A DNA stretch of 64,000 nt from Candidatus Nomurabacteria bacterium (GCA_021413905.1 JAIOPO010000005.1:146957-210956), one strand, 5' to 3'. Positions 9,903-19,100 are shown, counted from the stretch's first letter. A program made the numbers and translations. Notes: generated from the letters alone by a model not told the origin.

Positions 9903-10622
9903 TTATTTTAAAAACTTTTTAAATTCTTTAGGTAAAGTAGACTCTATTTTTAGAGTTTCACCCTTTGGATTTTTGATTTCTATAGAAAGAGAATGCAAAG
10001 CAAGACGATCAATATCTTTCGGGCAAATTCCTTTTGAATTGTATAATCCATCACAAACCACAGGATGACTTATTGATTTTAAATGAACTCTAATTTGATG
10101 TGTCCTACCTGTTTTTGGATGAACTTCCAAAAAAGTAAAATCTTTAAATCTTTTTAAGACTTTAAATTCAGTGATAGCTTCACGCAATTCCCCACGCGCA
10201 CCTCTACCAGCCAGACGTTTCCTGAAATCATTAGGACTGCGACCGATAGGTTTATCAATTATAAATTTATCTTTATTTATTTTTCCTTGAGCCAAAGCGT
10301 AATAAACTTTCTTCACTTCCCTGTTTTGAAATTGCTCTTTTATAAATTCATAAGATTTTTGATTTTTCGCCAAAATTAAAACTCCCGATGTGTCTTTATC
10401 CAATCTATGCACTATACCCGGTCTTTTTATTTCAACGCCATTATACATTGCCGGCTCACCGACATTTTTCATCTTGGGATAATTCTTTAAAACCCAATCA
10501 GTGACAAATTTTTCCTTTTTATTATCGGAATTTGTCCTGAGCATAGCCGAAGGATGCACAGAAATACCAGACGGCTTGTCTATCGCTAAAATATCTTTGT
10601 CTTCGTATAAAATCTTGATCAT
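9903..10622 (-). CDS. RluA-family 23S rRNA/tRNA pseudouridine synthase.
   Basis: The catalytic motif HRLDKDTSGVLILAK is present, the size is 239 aa, and the gene is co-oriented with rplS. Confidence 0.85.
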   Translation of the reverse strand: MIKILYEDKDILAIDKPSGISVHPSAMLRTNSDNKKEKFVTDWVLKNYPKMKNVGEPAMYNGVEIKRPGIVHRLDKDTSGVLILAKNQKSYEFIKEQFQNREVKKVYYALAQGKINKDKFIIDKPIGRSPNDFRKRLAGRGARGELREAITEFKVLKRFKDFTFLEVHPKTGRTHQIRVHLKSISHPVVCDGLYNSKGICPKDIDRLALHSLSIEIKNPKGETLKIESTLPKEFKKFLK

Positions 10623-10769
10623 ATTGAAATCTTATTCGAAATGTTATAGAATTACAAGTGCTTAATGTTTTATGAAATTTTTTAAATAAATAATGAGCAT
10701 TTAGCTGTTTTGGTAGGTATCAAAAAAACTAACCAAGTATATATTGAAAACATAATATAAAACACATTT

Positions 10770-10845
10770 GCGCGGTTAGCTCAGTTGGTAGAGCAACCCG
10801 TTTACACCGGGAAGGTCGCAGGTTCGAGTCCTGCACCGCGCACCA
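10770..10845 (+). tRNA. tRNA-Val (anticodon TAC), CCA encoded.
   Basis: GCGCGGTTAGCTCAGTTGGTAGAGCAACCCGTTTACACCGGGAAGGTCGCAGGTTCGAGTCCTGCACCGCGCACCA; the anticodon loop is TTTACAC. Confidence 0.85.
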
Positions 10846-10866
10846 CCCAGCCTAAAGCAGGGCCAT

Positions 10867-10941
10867 GCCTTCGTAGTTCAATGGATAGAACAGAGCTCTT
10901 CTAAGGCTTTGATGTAGGTTCGATTCCTACCGAAGGCACCA
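10867..10941 (+). tRNA. tRNA-Arg (anticodon TCT), CCA encoded.
   Basis: GCCTTCGTAGTTCAATGGATAGAACAGAGCTCTTCTAAGGCTTTGATGTAGGTTCGATTCCTACCGAAGGCACCA; the anticodon loop is CTTCTAA. Confidence 0.8.
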
Positions 10942-10977
10942 TCAGTTAGTGCAAATTGTCCAAAATGTAACACGGAA

Positions 10978-11256
10978 GTGACACAGAGAATAGAAACAGG
11001 ATATTCATGGAAATGTAATTGCGATGTTGAACTTACCGCAGATGTCCTTGATCATGCAGACAAAGACACCGAACTGTTTCTATTCTCTGGTGATGGCGAT
11101 TTTGAATTCTTGATTGAAAAAATAATTGCCAAAGGTGCAAAAGTGACTATTGTCTCAAGTGCAAAGTTGGTGCCAAAAGGACCAAGATATTCTACTTCTC
11201 GATTATCAACAAAGCTTCGTAAACTTACTCAAGCAAGTGGCAGTTTTTGGAAATAG
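10978..11256 (+). CDS. C-terminal fragment of a NYN/LabA-like domain protein preceded by a short zinc-ribbon; it lacks the N-terminal catalytic half and is a probable gene remnant.
   Basis: FLFSGDGDFEFLIEKIIAKGAKVTIVS matches the second half of the NYN fold. The frame is open upstream into tRNA-Arg (…CPKCNTEV…WKCNC) and has no ATG; the only start candidate is GTG at 10978. The N-terminal Asp-containing region is absent. Confidence 0.4.
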   Translation: MTQRIETGYSWKCNCDVELTADVLDHADKDTELFLFSGDGDFEFLIEKIIAKGAKVTIVSSAKLVPKGPRYSTSRLSTKLRKLTQASGSFWK

Positions 11257-11300
11257 ATAACCTCAAATTTCAAATCAAAAAAGAGGCCTAAAAAAGGAAA

Positions 11301-11324
11301 AAGCCGCGAAGCGCGACTTTTTCT
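11301..11324. terminator. Bidirectional intrinsic terminator (GC hairpin plus T-runs) between convergent genes.
   Basis: aaaaGCCGCGaaGCGCGACtttttc; the complement gives gtcgcgc-ttc-gcggc followed by tttt. Confidence 0.5.
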
Positions 11325-11372
11325 AAGGACAGTATTAGTATAGCAATATGATATTTTTTACTGTAAAAACTT

Positions 11373-12779
11373 CTACCTATGATTAATTGAAATTGAACGA
11401 TTCGTATTCTGAATTTCTTTTAACAACCTATCAAGCATATATTTTGTATTGTGTTCAAAATCTTTATCCGTACTTACAGGAATATCAATATTAATTTCTT
11501 TACCTTGGTTCAGATAGTTTACCTTTTTGTTTTTTAAATCAAAAGATACCACTACATCACTTATGCTTTCTTTACTAAGAGACGCATATGCTTTACTTAT
11601 ATTATCTTCCGTAAGAATTTCAGAAAATGCATTTAAATTCTCATCGGATTTCCTTCCTATAAATTTTTCATTCTTGAAAAAAATTGAAAACAGTATATTT
11701 TTATATTTATCACTATGTGATGAGCCGTAAAGTATCTCTATTTCATCTTTTGGAACACTTGGATTTGAAGTAACTTCCCTTACTTGCATAAGTGTCGGAT
11801 GAGAGTACGACATAGTCATTATAAAATCGGTAATGTCTTTCTTTGCAAGATTAATGTTTTCCTTTGTCTCTTCTTTGTTTAAAGTATGATTCTCAACTTT
11901 AGTTAAATCATCGTGTCCCATTAATTGATTTTCTAAAAATTGTTCTTCTAGTTTAATTTTTAATTTCGCAAGAACCTCTTTACTGATGTGCCTATTTTCA
12001 CCAAGTTCATTAACCCAATCAATACTTAAGTCACTGTCAAAAAAGCTATCAAGATATTTGAAGTCTATTTCTTCAATTGGTTTTGTTATCTCTTCTAATA
12101 ACTTATTTTCGGTAGAATTTTTATCCAGATATTCCTTATTTTCAACAAAATTCTGCATTCTATCATCAAGTTGTGTGTCTTCTTTGGATACTTCTTTTTT
12201 ACCAAGAGTAATTGCTTCTCTCCAAAATTTAGATCTCATTTTACCCAAAGTAAGAACATCTATATCTAAATCTATACTTTTCTCAAAATCATAATGATAT
12301 ATAGAGTTACCAGAATTTATTACGCTAGATACATCAACTCCCATGCTCTCCAGTATTGCCATTGCTTTTAAATTATTTAAGGTAACTTGGTAACTCCCAG
12401 TACGATAACTTTCATTTATTGGAACAAGTGATTCCAGATATTTCATATCTTTAAGAAGTCGAAATACGCAATCTTTCAATTCTTGCTTTTTACTTTCATT
12501 AAAATCAGTCGTTTCAATTCTATTTAAATAAATATTTGCTTCGTTATGTATAGTTTCAAGAGCTGAATTTAATTGACCTTCTTTTAAATTTTGCTCAAAA
12601 ATTGAATAGGCAGGATTTAAAAAATTTCGCTGTATAGCATGAGCTTCTTGATACTCCTTCGTTTCTTTTTCTATTTCTAAATTCTCGACTGCTCTCTGAG
12701 GGTTCTCTTTTCGAGTTTTCTTCAAATCTTTCGCAAGATTGTCACGATATTCCGATGAATTAAAATTTGGTTTTTCCAT
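11373..12779 (-). CDS. Hypothetical acidic protein, 468 aa, no recognisable domain.
   Basis: Long ORF with a Lys/Glu-rich low-complexity composition. It is preceded by a copy of the structured leader RNA (12812-12975). Confidence 0.55.
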   Translation of the reverse strand: MEKPNFNSSEYRDNLAKDLKKTRKENPQRAVENLEIEKETKEYQEAHAIQRNFLNPAYSIFEQNLKEGQLNSALETIHNEANIYLNRIETTDFNESKKQELKDCVFRLLKDMKYLESLVPINESYRTGSYQVTLNNLKAMAILESMGVDVSSVINSGNSIYHYDFEKSIDLDIDVLTLGKMRSKFWREAITLGKKEVSKEDTQLDDRMQNFVENKEYLDKNSTENKLLEEITKPIEEIDFKYLDSFFDSDLSIDWVNELGENRHISKEVLAKLKIKLEEQFLENQLMGHDDLTKVENHTLNKEETKENINLAKKDITDFIMTMSYSHPTLMQVREVTSNPSVPKDEIEILYGSSHSDKYKNILFSIFFKNEKFIGRKSDENLNAFSEILTEDNISKAYASLSKESISDVVVSFDLKNKKVNYLNQGKEINIDIPVSTDKDFEHNTKYMLDRLLKEIQNTNRSISINHR

Positions 12780-12811
12780 AAACTTTGTTGGGTTTTATTA
12801 TGGTGCTGGGA

Positions 12812-12975
12812 AGACAAAAAGCTCCTAGCCAGCGATAGTCCGAAGACTACCCGTAACCGTTTCCAGCTACGACCCAACAAAGGTGAACTCTGACTAGGAG
12901 TTCTTTACCTTTGTTGGGATTCATGTGACCATACCATTTTGACTATAAAAAACTACAGATAAAATGGGTTAGGTC
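12812..12975 (-). ncRNA. Copy 4, diverged, of a novel structured leader RNA motif (see findings); it ends in an intrinsic terminator immediately upstream of the 11373-12779 gene.
   Basis: The minus-strand read is GACCUAACCC...GGUAUGGUC...[cccaacaaaggt...AAAGAACUCCUAGUCAGAGUU...acctttgttggg] UCGUAGCUG-GAAA-CGGUUAC [tagtc-UUCG-gacta] ...GCUGGCUAGGAGCuuuuu. It is co-linear with copies at 27789, 39286 and 58546 and shows compensatory stem changes. Confidence 0.55.
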
Positions 12976-13140
12976 TTATTATTAAATTGACTCTTTAAGA
13001 GTAGCATTTTTGACTAAAAAATGCTATCAACTTTTTGTTTTAAATTTCTAGCTCGCCCCGCCAAAAAATCCGAAAGAGAGTCCGCATTTGCATTAGCGGT
13101 CCCCGCACTTTCCATTCTTGGAAAAGCTCTGTGCTTCGCA

Positions 13141-13172
13141 CAGAGGCGCTTCAGCGCGCGGGGAACGCTAGT
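13141..13172 (-). terminator. Intrinsic terminator of the minus-strand operon ending at 13226 (hairpin with GAAG loop plus T-run).
   Basis: The minus-strand read is CCTCTGTGC-gaag-CACAGAGcttttcc, located 55 nt downstream of the pilM-like stop. Confidence 0.5.
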
Positions 13173-13225
13173 GATTACGATTTTGAAAATAGGTTCTGAT
13201 ATGGTTTAATAAACACACCTTAAAT

Positions 13226-13852
13226 TTATTTACTCAATGCCAGACCGACGGCTTTGGCATAACCCAAAGAATCTATAAATGACATCTCGGGTATGTGTCC
13301 ATGTGGTAAATTAAAATTAGTCCAAATATTTGCAAGCTCTACCTTTTGACGAATACCGACAGATAAATATTCTGCAATATTAGGAACCTTCGCCCCATCT
13401 CCGCATAAAATTATTTTTTTAATTTTCGGTCTTTCTGTATTATCAGCATATTTATTTGTATGCCAATAAATAAATTGCCTCTGAACTTCATCTCTAAATT
13501 TAGAAAGCCATTCTATTCCTTGTACTATTTCAGATTCCCCAATATCTAAAGTAATACTCGATACAGATTTACCATTTACAACAAAATGCATATAGGTACG
13601 AACCTTATTAATTTCTATTATTAAATAATTTTCATCATCTACTTTATTTATTAAAACATTAGCCAAGACTTGACCTTCTTGATTTATTGAAACAGGATAA
13701 TTTCCTTTTTTCTTTATATTTTCCGGAAGCACTCCGCATCCGAAACGACCAATTTTTATTGATTTTCCATTTTTTAAAACTTCAACAAATTTAACAAGTT
13801 CACCTGAATCATCAATACCAAAAAAAGATTTAGAAAAAATATTCTTTAACAT
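13226..13852 (-). CDS. PilM-like actin-fold pilus assembly protein, short form of 208 aa.
   Basis: The N-terminus FGIDDSGELVKFVEVLKNGKSIKIGRFGCGVLPE and the C-terminus IILCGDGAKVPNIAEYLS...ANIW resemble the ends of PilM. The middle domains appear to be missing. Confidence 0.4.
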   Translation of the reverse strand: MLKNIFSKSFFGIDDSGELVKFVEVLKNGKSIKIGRFGCGVLPENIKKKGNYPVSINQEGQVLANVLINKVDDENYLIIEINKVRTYMHFVVNGKSVSSITLDIGESEIVQGIEWLSKFRDEVQRQFIYWHTNKYADNTERPKIKKIILCGDGAKVPNIAEYLSVGIRQKVELANIWTNFNLPHGHIPEMSFIDSLGYAKAVGLALSK

Positions 13853-13855
13853 TCT

Positions 13856-13912
13856 ATTATTATATCCTGTAGTGAAAATTTTACAAAGTTATGCTACGGG
13901 ATTATACATTAT
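13856..13912 (-). repeat. Intergenic imperfect inverted repeat, copy 1 of 2: a 9-bp stem, ATCCCGTAG ... CTACAGGAT, that contains the downstream gene's Shine-Dalgarno sequence.
   Basis: ttatatcctgtagtgaaaattttacaaagttatgctacgggattatac. A near-identical copy lies at 14836-14893. On the mRNA strand the 3' arm ...ACAGGAuauaauaa precedes the ATG. Confidence 0.5.
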
Positions 13913-14498
13913 TCTTTTTAAAGAATGCCAAAAATACTGGAACAAAAGAAAATAAAATGATAAAAAATACAATTGGTAAAATAAAATGATCTATATTCTT
14001 AATACGAGAACTTAAAAAATAACCTGTAAAAACCATCAACAATGTCCAGAGAAATCCTCCGACGATATTATAAAAAAAGAAATCTTTAAATTTCATTTTT
14101 CCTACTCCTGCCAAAATAGGTGTAAATGTACGAACAATTGGTATAAATCTTGCTAAACTAACTGCTTTCTTTCCGTATTTTTCATAAAATTCTGATGTCT
14201 TTTGAATATTTTTTTTATTAAAGAAAAAAGAATTAGGTTTTGAAAAAATCTTTGGACCTATGTAATATCCGAAATAATACCCTACATAATCCCCCGACAC
14301 AGCACATAAAAAAGCACCAATAAAAAGAATATAAATATTAAAATATCCCGCTCCCGCCAAAATACCTGCAGTAAAAAGCAAAGAATCCCCTGGTAAAAAG
14401 AAACCGAAAAACAATCCGGATTCAGCAAAAATAAAAAGAAAAATTCCTAAAATTCCTATAGTTTCTATTAAAGTTTTTATATCAAAAAAATGCATCAA
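13902..14498 (-). CDS. DedA/VTT-family membrane protein.
   Basis: FAESGLFFGFFLPGDSLLFTAGILAG motif, multi-pass membrane protein of 198 aa. Confidence 0.85.
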   Translation of the reverse strand: MMHFFDIKTLIETIGILGIFLFIFAESGLFFGFFLPGDSLLFTAGILAGAGYFNIYILFIGAFLCAVSGDYVGYYFGYYIGPKIFSKPNSFFFNKKNIQKTSEFYEKYGKKAVSLARFIPIVRTFTPILAGVGKMKFKDFFFYNIVGGFLWTLLMVFTGYFLSSRIKNIDHFILPIVFFIILFSFVPVFLAFFKKNNV

Positions 14499-14501
14499 AA
14501 A

Positions 14502-14831
14502 TTATTTTGCTTTAGTTCCCGCAGGAATATCATTATTAGGTAAAAGCAAAGAAAACTTACCATCTTCGGTAGACACTGCTAATATCATCCCATTACTTTC
14601 AAAACCTTTTATCATTCTCGGCTCTAAATTTGTAACAAACATACATTTCTTACCCACCAGCATAGCAAGATCTGGAAAATACATAGAAATACCAGAAACA
14701 ATTTGTCTTGGATTTTCTTCTCCTAAATTCACAGACAATTTTAACAATTTATCTGTATCAGGTATCTTTTCGGCAGACAAAATCTCCCCTACTGCCATCT
14801 CTACTTTTTTAAAATCTTCAAATGAAATCAT
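14502..14831 (-). CDS. csaA: tRNA-binding domain protein (CsaA / EMAP-like).
   Basis: A 109-aa product with ...GEILSAEK...LKLSVNLGEE..RQIVSG....GKK..FVTNLEPR...G.ESNGMIL, a tRNA_bind-fold pattern. Confidence 0.75.
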   Translation of the reverse strand: MISFEDFKKVEMAVGEILSAEKIPDTDKLLKLSVNLGEENPRQIVSGISMYFPDLAMLVGKKCMFVTNLEPRMIKGFESNGMILAVSTEDGKFSLLLPNNDIPAGTKAK

Positions 14832-14835
14832 ATTT

Positions 14836-14893
14836 TTATTATATCCTGTAGTGAAACTTTTATAAAGTTCTACTACGGGATTATATCATTACT
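14836..14893 (-). repeat. Intergenic imperfect inverted repeat, copy 2 of 2, between the ruvX stop and the csaA start.
   Basis: ttattatatcctgtagtgaaacttttataaagttctactacgggattatatc; about 85 percent identical to copy 1. Confidence 0.5.
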
Positions 14894-15341
14894 TTTTTAA
14901 ATTTCTCTTATCTAAATATCTCTGCAATATAAGTGCCGCGGCGGACGCATCTATGCGTCCAGACTTTATTTGTTTTACTTTACTATGTGATTGAGATTGA
15001 TTGAAATCTTTTTTCTGATCTTTTGAATTTCGTGCAGTAACAGATGTCAAAAATTCTTTTTGTTTATGTATTGGTAAATTAAATTTCTCTGTAAGTTCTA
15101 AAATAAAAACATCAATACGAGCAGACAAAGCATTTAATTTTCCGGAAAAATCCACCGACTCTCCGACCACAATTTCTGTAATATTTTCTTTTTTAATTAT
15201 CTCTCCTATTTTTTTATATGTATTTTGATCATTCAAAACTATCTCTTTCGGAAATGCTAAAGTGCCATTTTCATCAGAAATAGCCAAACCTATTCTTTTT
15301 GTCCCATAATCTATACCTAAAAATCGGCCTAATAAATTCAT
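14889..15341 (-). CDS. ruvX: Holliday junction resolvase-like protein RuvX/YqgF.
   Basis: The N-terminal LGIDYGTKRIGLAISD motif is diagnostic of YqgF. Confidence 0.9.
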   Translation of the reverse strand: MNLLGRFLGIDYGTKRIGLAISDENGTLAFPKEIVLNDQNTYKKIGEIIKKENITEIVVGESVDFSGKLNALSARIDVFILELTEKFNLPIHKQKEFLTSVTARNSKDQKKDFNQSQSHSKVKQIKSGRIDASAAALILQRYLDKRNLKK

Positions 15342-15386
15342 ACTGAAATACTAGCATAAAAATAACTTTTCTGATATTATCTAAAT

Positions 15387-15614
15387 ATGAGCTTTAAAAC
15401 AGGAACAAGTTTGATAATAATATTGCTTGCAATATGGAGTCTTTTATGGAAATGTTATTCAACATGGACAGCATCAAAAAAAGATGATAAAAGATGGTTT
15501 ATCATATTAATAATATTAAATACTTTTGGTATTTTAGATATGATTTATGTTTTTGGTGTAGCAAATAAAAAATGGTCTGATGTTAAAAATACATTCAAAA
15601 ATTTTTTGAAATAA
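15387..15614 (+). CDS. Small 2-TM membrane protein, possibly a PLD-nuclease N-terminal (PLDc_N)-like domain.
   Basis: 75 aa with two hydrophobic helices; W..ILIILNTFGILDMIYVFG resembles the PLDc_N motif. Confidence 0.35.
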   Translation: MSFKTGTSLIIILLAIWSLLWKCYSTWTASKKDDKRWFIILIILNTFGILDMIYVFGVANKKWSDVKNTFKNFLK

Positions 15615-15703
15615 AGCAATATAATTAAATCAAAAATATTTTTGGAGGCGTCGCATTGCGCCTCTACGGCGCATCTGCCGAGGAGGCAGAAGTGGATAAT
15701 AAT

Positions 15704-15964
15704 ATGTACTACTTTTATGTATTAAGATTTCATAAAAATAAAAAACTATATTATGGTTTTACAAATGATTTAAAGCGCAGAATAAAAGAACATAGAGCTG
15801 GAAATTCTGATTTTAGTTCTAAAAATGGAATATTTGACTTAATCTTCTATGAAGCTTATATTAGTAAAGAGGATGCTAGAGAAGCAGAAAAATATTTCAA
15901 AACAGGACATGGAAGAGAGGTTTTGAAAAATAAATTGAAAAATTATTTTGGAGGCGTCGCATAG
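15704..15964 (+). CDS. GIY-YIG nuclease superfamily protein (YhbQ/URI-like, about 86 aa); its 3' end overlaps the 5' end of tRNA-Ser.
   Basis: MYYFYVLRF...KLYYGFTNDLKRRIKEHRAG is a GIY-YIG core. The ATG at 15704 is preferred over the upstream TTG at 15656. The stop codon TAG lies inside GGAGGCGTCGCATAG, which is the start of the tRNA. Confidence 0.75.
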   Translation: MYYFYVLRFHKNKKLYYGFTNDLKRRIKEHRAGNSDFSSKNGIFDLIFYEAYISKEDAREAEKYFKTGHGREVLKNKLKNYFGGVA

Positions 15965-16036
15965 TGGTTTAGTGCACCTGTCTTGAAAACAGGAGTACCG
16001 CAAGGTACCGTGAGTTCGAATCTCACCGCCTCCGCC
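15950..16036 (+). tRNA. tRNA-Ser (anticodon TGA) with a long variable arm.
   Basis: GGAGGCGTCGCATAGTGGTTTAGTGCACCTGTCTTGAAAACAGGAGTACCGCAAGGTACCGTGAGTTCGAATCTCACCGCCTCCGCC; the anticodon loop is CTTGAAA. Confidence 0.85.
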
Positions 16037-16112
16037 TTGACAACCTGTTAGTTTCGTGTCCCGACTGCCTGAGGTGGCAGTGCGACCCGAGTGCTACCAT
16101 GGTTGTAACAAA

Positions 16113-16146
16113 AACGGAGCATAATGTGCTCCGTTTTTGTTTTTTC
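16113..16146 (+). terminator. Intrinsic terminator downstream of tRNA-Ser.
   Basis: aACGGAGCAtaatgTGCTCCGTtttttgttttttc. Confidence 0.65.
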
Positions 16147-16199
16147 TTCTATAATTTCTCCGAAAAAATTGAATTTGGTACGTATGCTAGAATTAGCAT

Positions 16200-19100
16200 G
16201 TGGATCAATATATACAGCCCATCACAAAGGTATTCACCTCTTTTGAAGAGGCTAAGAACGATGTCGACCAAAATGGTCACTCGTCTCTTTTCATTGATGA
16301 CCGCAAGATACTCAGCCTTACTGACCTCGCCCAAGGAAACCGTAATTTAATCGTTGGCGAGCCGGGCGTTGGAAAGACCGAGCTTCTGAAGAAATTTAAG
16401 GCGCACCATGACACCCTTGGCGACAAGACATGCTTGGTTAATCTTCGCATCGGAAGTCCGATTGAACAGATTGATTCCTTTTTAAAAGAAACGACAACAG
16501 CAAAAAAGGTTCTCATTCTCGACGCACTCGACGAGGTTCGCTCGTCTATTTTCCCGAATGTGCTTCAAAAAATAGAGACTGTATCAAAAGAGAATCCTGA
16601 TCTGATCATTTATCTGTCTTCTCGCTGGATATTCGTAAGCAAATACGCCAACAGCTTTCCGGACTTTCGATTCATCAGAATTCTGCCGTTCTCGACATGG
16701 CAGGTGAAAAAATATCTCATGCATGCCGGACACACTGAGGCTGATGTCGATGCGCTCCTTGCGCGGATCATGCATTTCAATCACGGAAAGCTTTTGGTTC
16801 AAATTCCTCGGTATCTATTTTTCCTAGTTGCCTTTATAAAAGACAAGACCATCGCAAACGTTTCTCAGATATCGAGAAACGAGCTGTTTGAATACTTCAT
16901 TTACTCCAAGCTCGACATTGAGGACAAAAATCTTAACACCGACACGAAGGCGGTCATCAAGCGCATACTGGAAAAACTCGCACTGACAATGGAAATATAT
17001 CAGGCGAACACCATTACGAAAGATGAGCTTATGACATTCTTCGACGATATCGAGTCAGATCTCAAACTGACCGTGCTTTCACATATTACGCTTGAAGTCT
17101 TTTATGCGAAGACTATTCTTCAGGAAAGTACACAGGATCTCAACAGTGTTGAATTTGAAAACGCCGAATTCCAAGAATATCTCGCGGCAAAGGAAATTAC
17201 ACGCTTCTCCGAACCGCACCGTGTCGCTTTCGACTTCGCCGTCGAGGAAAATATCGATGAGATACTTCCGTCATGGTTCAATACGCTCACGTTTCTCGTC
17301 GATATGATTCCCGACATACTCGAACAGCTCTTGGAATTCTCAGGTCTGAGAAGCGGAACATTCAAGATTGCCGATGAAGGATTTTTAAATTTTCTCGGCA
17401 GAGTGAATCCAACAAGCATCTCGTCTGAATTTCGAAGCCGTATATTCATGGACGTAATCAACTATCACGAAAAGACCTTGCAATGGATTCCGGGGCAACT
17501 GACCCATTCGCTTCCGGGCTTCTTCAGTATTGCTCTTGAGGCAGATCTCAAGCGTCTTGCGGAAAGTGCAGAAAAAGAAACTGGCACAAATTATTTCGTG
17601 AAGCTCGGGAATATTGCGTATACGGTTGCGTACTTGTTTGATGCAAAAGTCGCACTCGACAAACCGTACTGGCGCGAAAAACTAATCTCCTACACAAAAG
17701 ACAAAAATGAAAACGGTGTATTGCAACGCCATGCGCTTTTGGCTCTCGAAAAGCTTGGCGACCCAACCGTCATCGACGAGCTACCGAATCTATTACTCGG
17801 GAATGACGAGCTGGTCGCGCGCGAATTTGTATCTGCCTGCATCGCGCTCGATCCAGACCACCCGAAGAGTGTTATCTATGCGATGCAATTGATAAAAGAT
17901 GGTGAGCTGTCCGGTCGGTATGGACTGTTTGAAATGAAAAAGAAATCATCCATCGTTGCCTTTTTCAAGGAATACATAAAAGATGACAAGTTCAGAAAGG
18001 AATTCCTCGATGATGTCCCTATCCTAGGTGAGCAGGATGTCGCGCTCGTCAAAAACATTGAAGCGATTCTCGATGATGAAATTGCGGAACTGTGTAAGGA
18101 GGTTATTGCAAAATCAATCGAAAGCTACCTCCACCAGTCAATCGACCAGTCTGCGTTCGTGAACGGATTGTTTCAATTGCTCAAGAAAAGGGACTCGGGA
18201 TTCATATCAGAAATAGTCAGACGTTTACACAAGGACGATGAGAAAAAACATACCCTGTACTTCGCCCAAGAAACATTTGCGCGAATACTTGGAAAAGACG
18301 ACATCGTTCCATTCCTCGGTGTCATGATTGAGCTTGGTCAACAGAAGATGGCGATGGATACGATGGTTAGAATTAAATATTCCAAGCGCGATGCCTGCGA
18401 AGAAATGTTCGAGTTTGGAAGAAGCAAGTTGCCGACGGAATATGCTGAGTGGGAGGCGGCTATTCAGCGGGGCACACCTCCGGCGGATACTTCACGGACG
18501 GATAAAATGCTCAAGGAATTCAGATTGTACCTACAACCCAAAAAGGGAGAATTTACGATGGGTGTTTTTCATCATTATATCCACGCCGCTGACACACTCG
18601 ATCCGCTCCTAACGAAAAAGGATAAAGACCGACTGATCGAATTGATTACCGGCAGTGTCTTGAACCAAAATCCGACAGCGCATGGCTTCACTATTCAATC
18701 AGAACATCCAGATGGCGGCACTCAACGATACACTACGAGCCAAGTCGTCCAGATGTTTGGTGATGCTCTCCGCGCCGCTCAGCGACTTGGTGTCGATATC
18801 ACTCCGTACCGAAAAAATATCGCGCTCTATATTCCATTCGCATACAGCGAAGAACTTAAAACTATTTTCGAGCTGATTAAAGACTTCAAGCCGGACGAGC
18901 TTGATCCGGTCATTGCGATATATCAGGAGAAAAAAGATGACCTCTGGCGACACCAACCAGAAAGCTTTGCGAATCTCGCACAACAGTATCATCTAGTTGC
19001 GGCAGTTCCCGTACTCCGCGATTTTGTGAAAGAGTCTCGCTTCCGTATCTACAATAGATGCGAGATGTTGAGGATTATTGATTCTCTTGCACCCGATGCC

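Noticed and set aside
12780-13225. RNase P RNA, SRP RNA or tmRNA in the 445-nt intergenic region (GGAAAGUGCGGGG on the minus strand superficially resembles the RNase P P4 strand GGAAAGUCCGGGC).
   Set aside because: No matching 3' P4 strand (ACAGAAcccGGCUUA-like) could be found. There is no T-arm or CCA end for tmRNA and no SRP domain IV motif. The 12812-12975 part is explained instead by the fourth copy of the repeated leader RNA motif, and part of the GC-rich block by an operon terminator.
15656-15703. Group I intron or other intron in tRNA-Ser as an explanation for the GIY-YIG gene.
   Set aside because: The ORF is upstream of the tRNA and only overlaps its first 15 nt, the anticodon loop is not interrupted, and no P1-P9-like structure is present.
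16099-16516. ORFs 16099-16350 (+) and 16277-16516 (-), and many other short ORFs antisense or out of frame within the 1360-aa STAND gene.
   Set aside because: They overlap a long ORF with strong P-loop motifs. Their translations are low-complexity, Arg/Ser-rich and typical of alternative frames.
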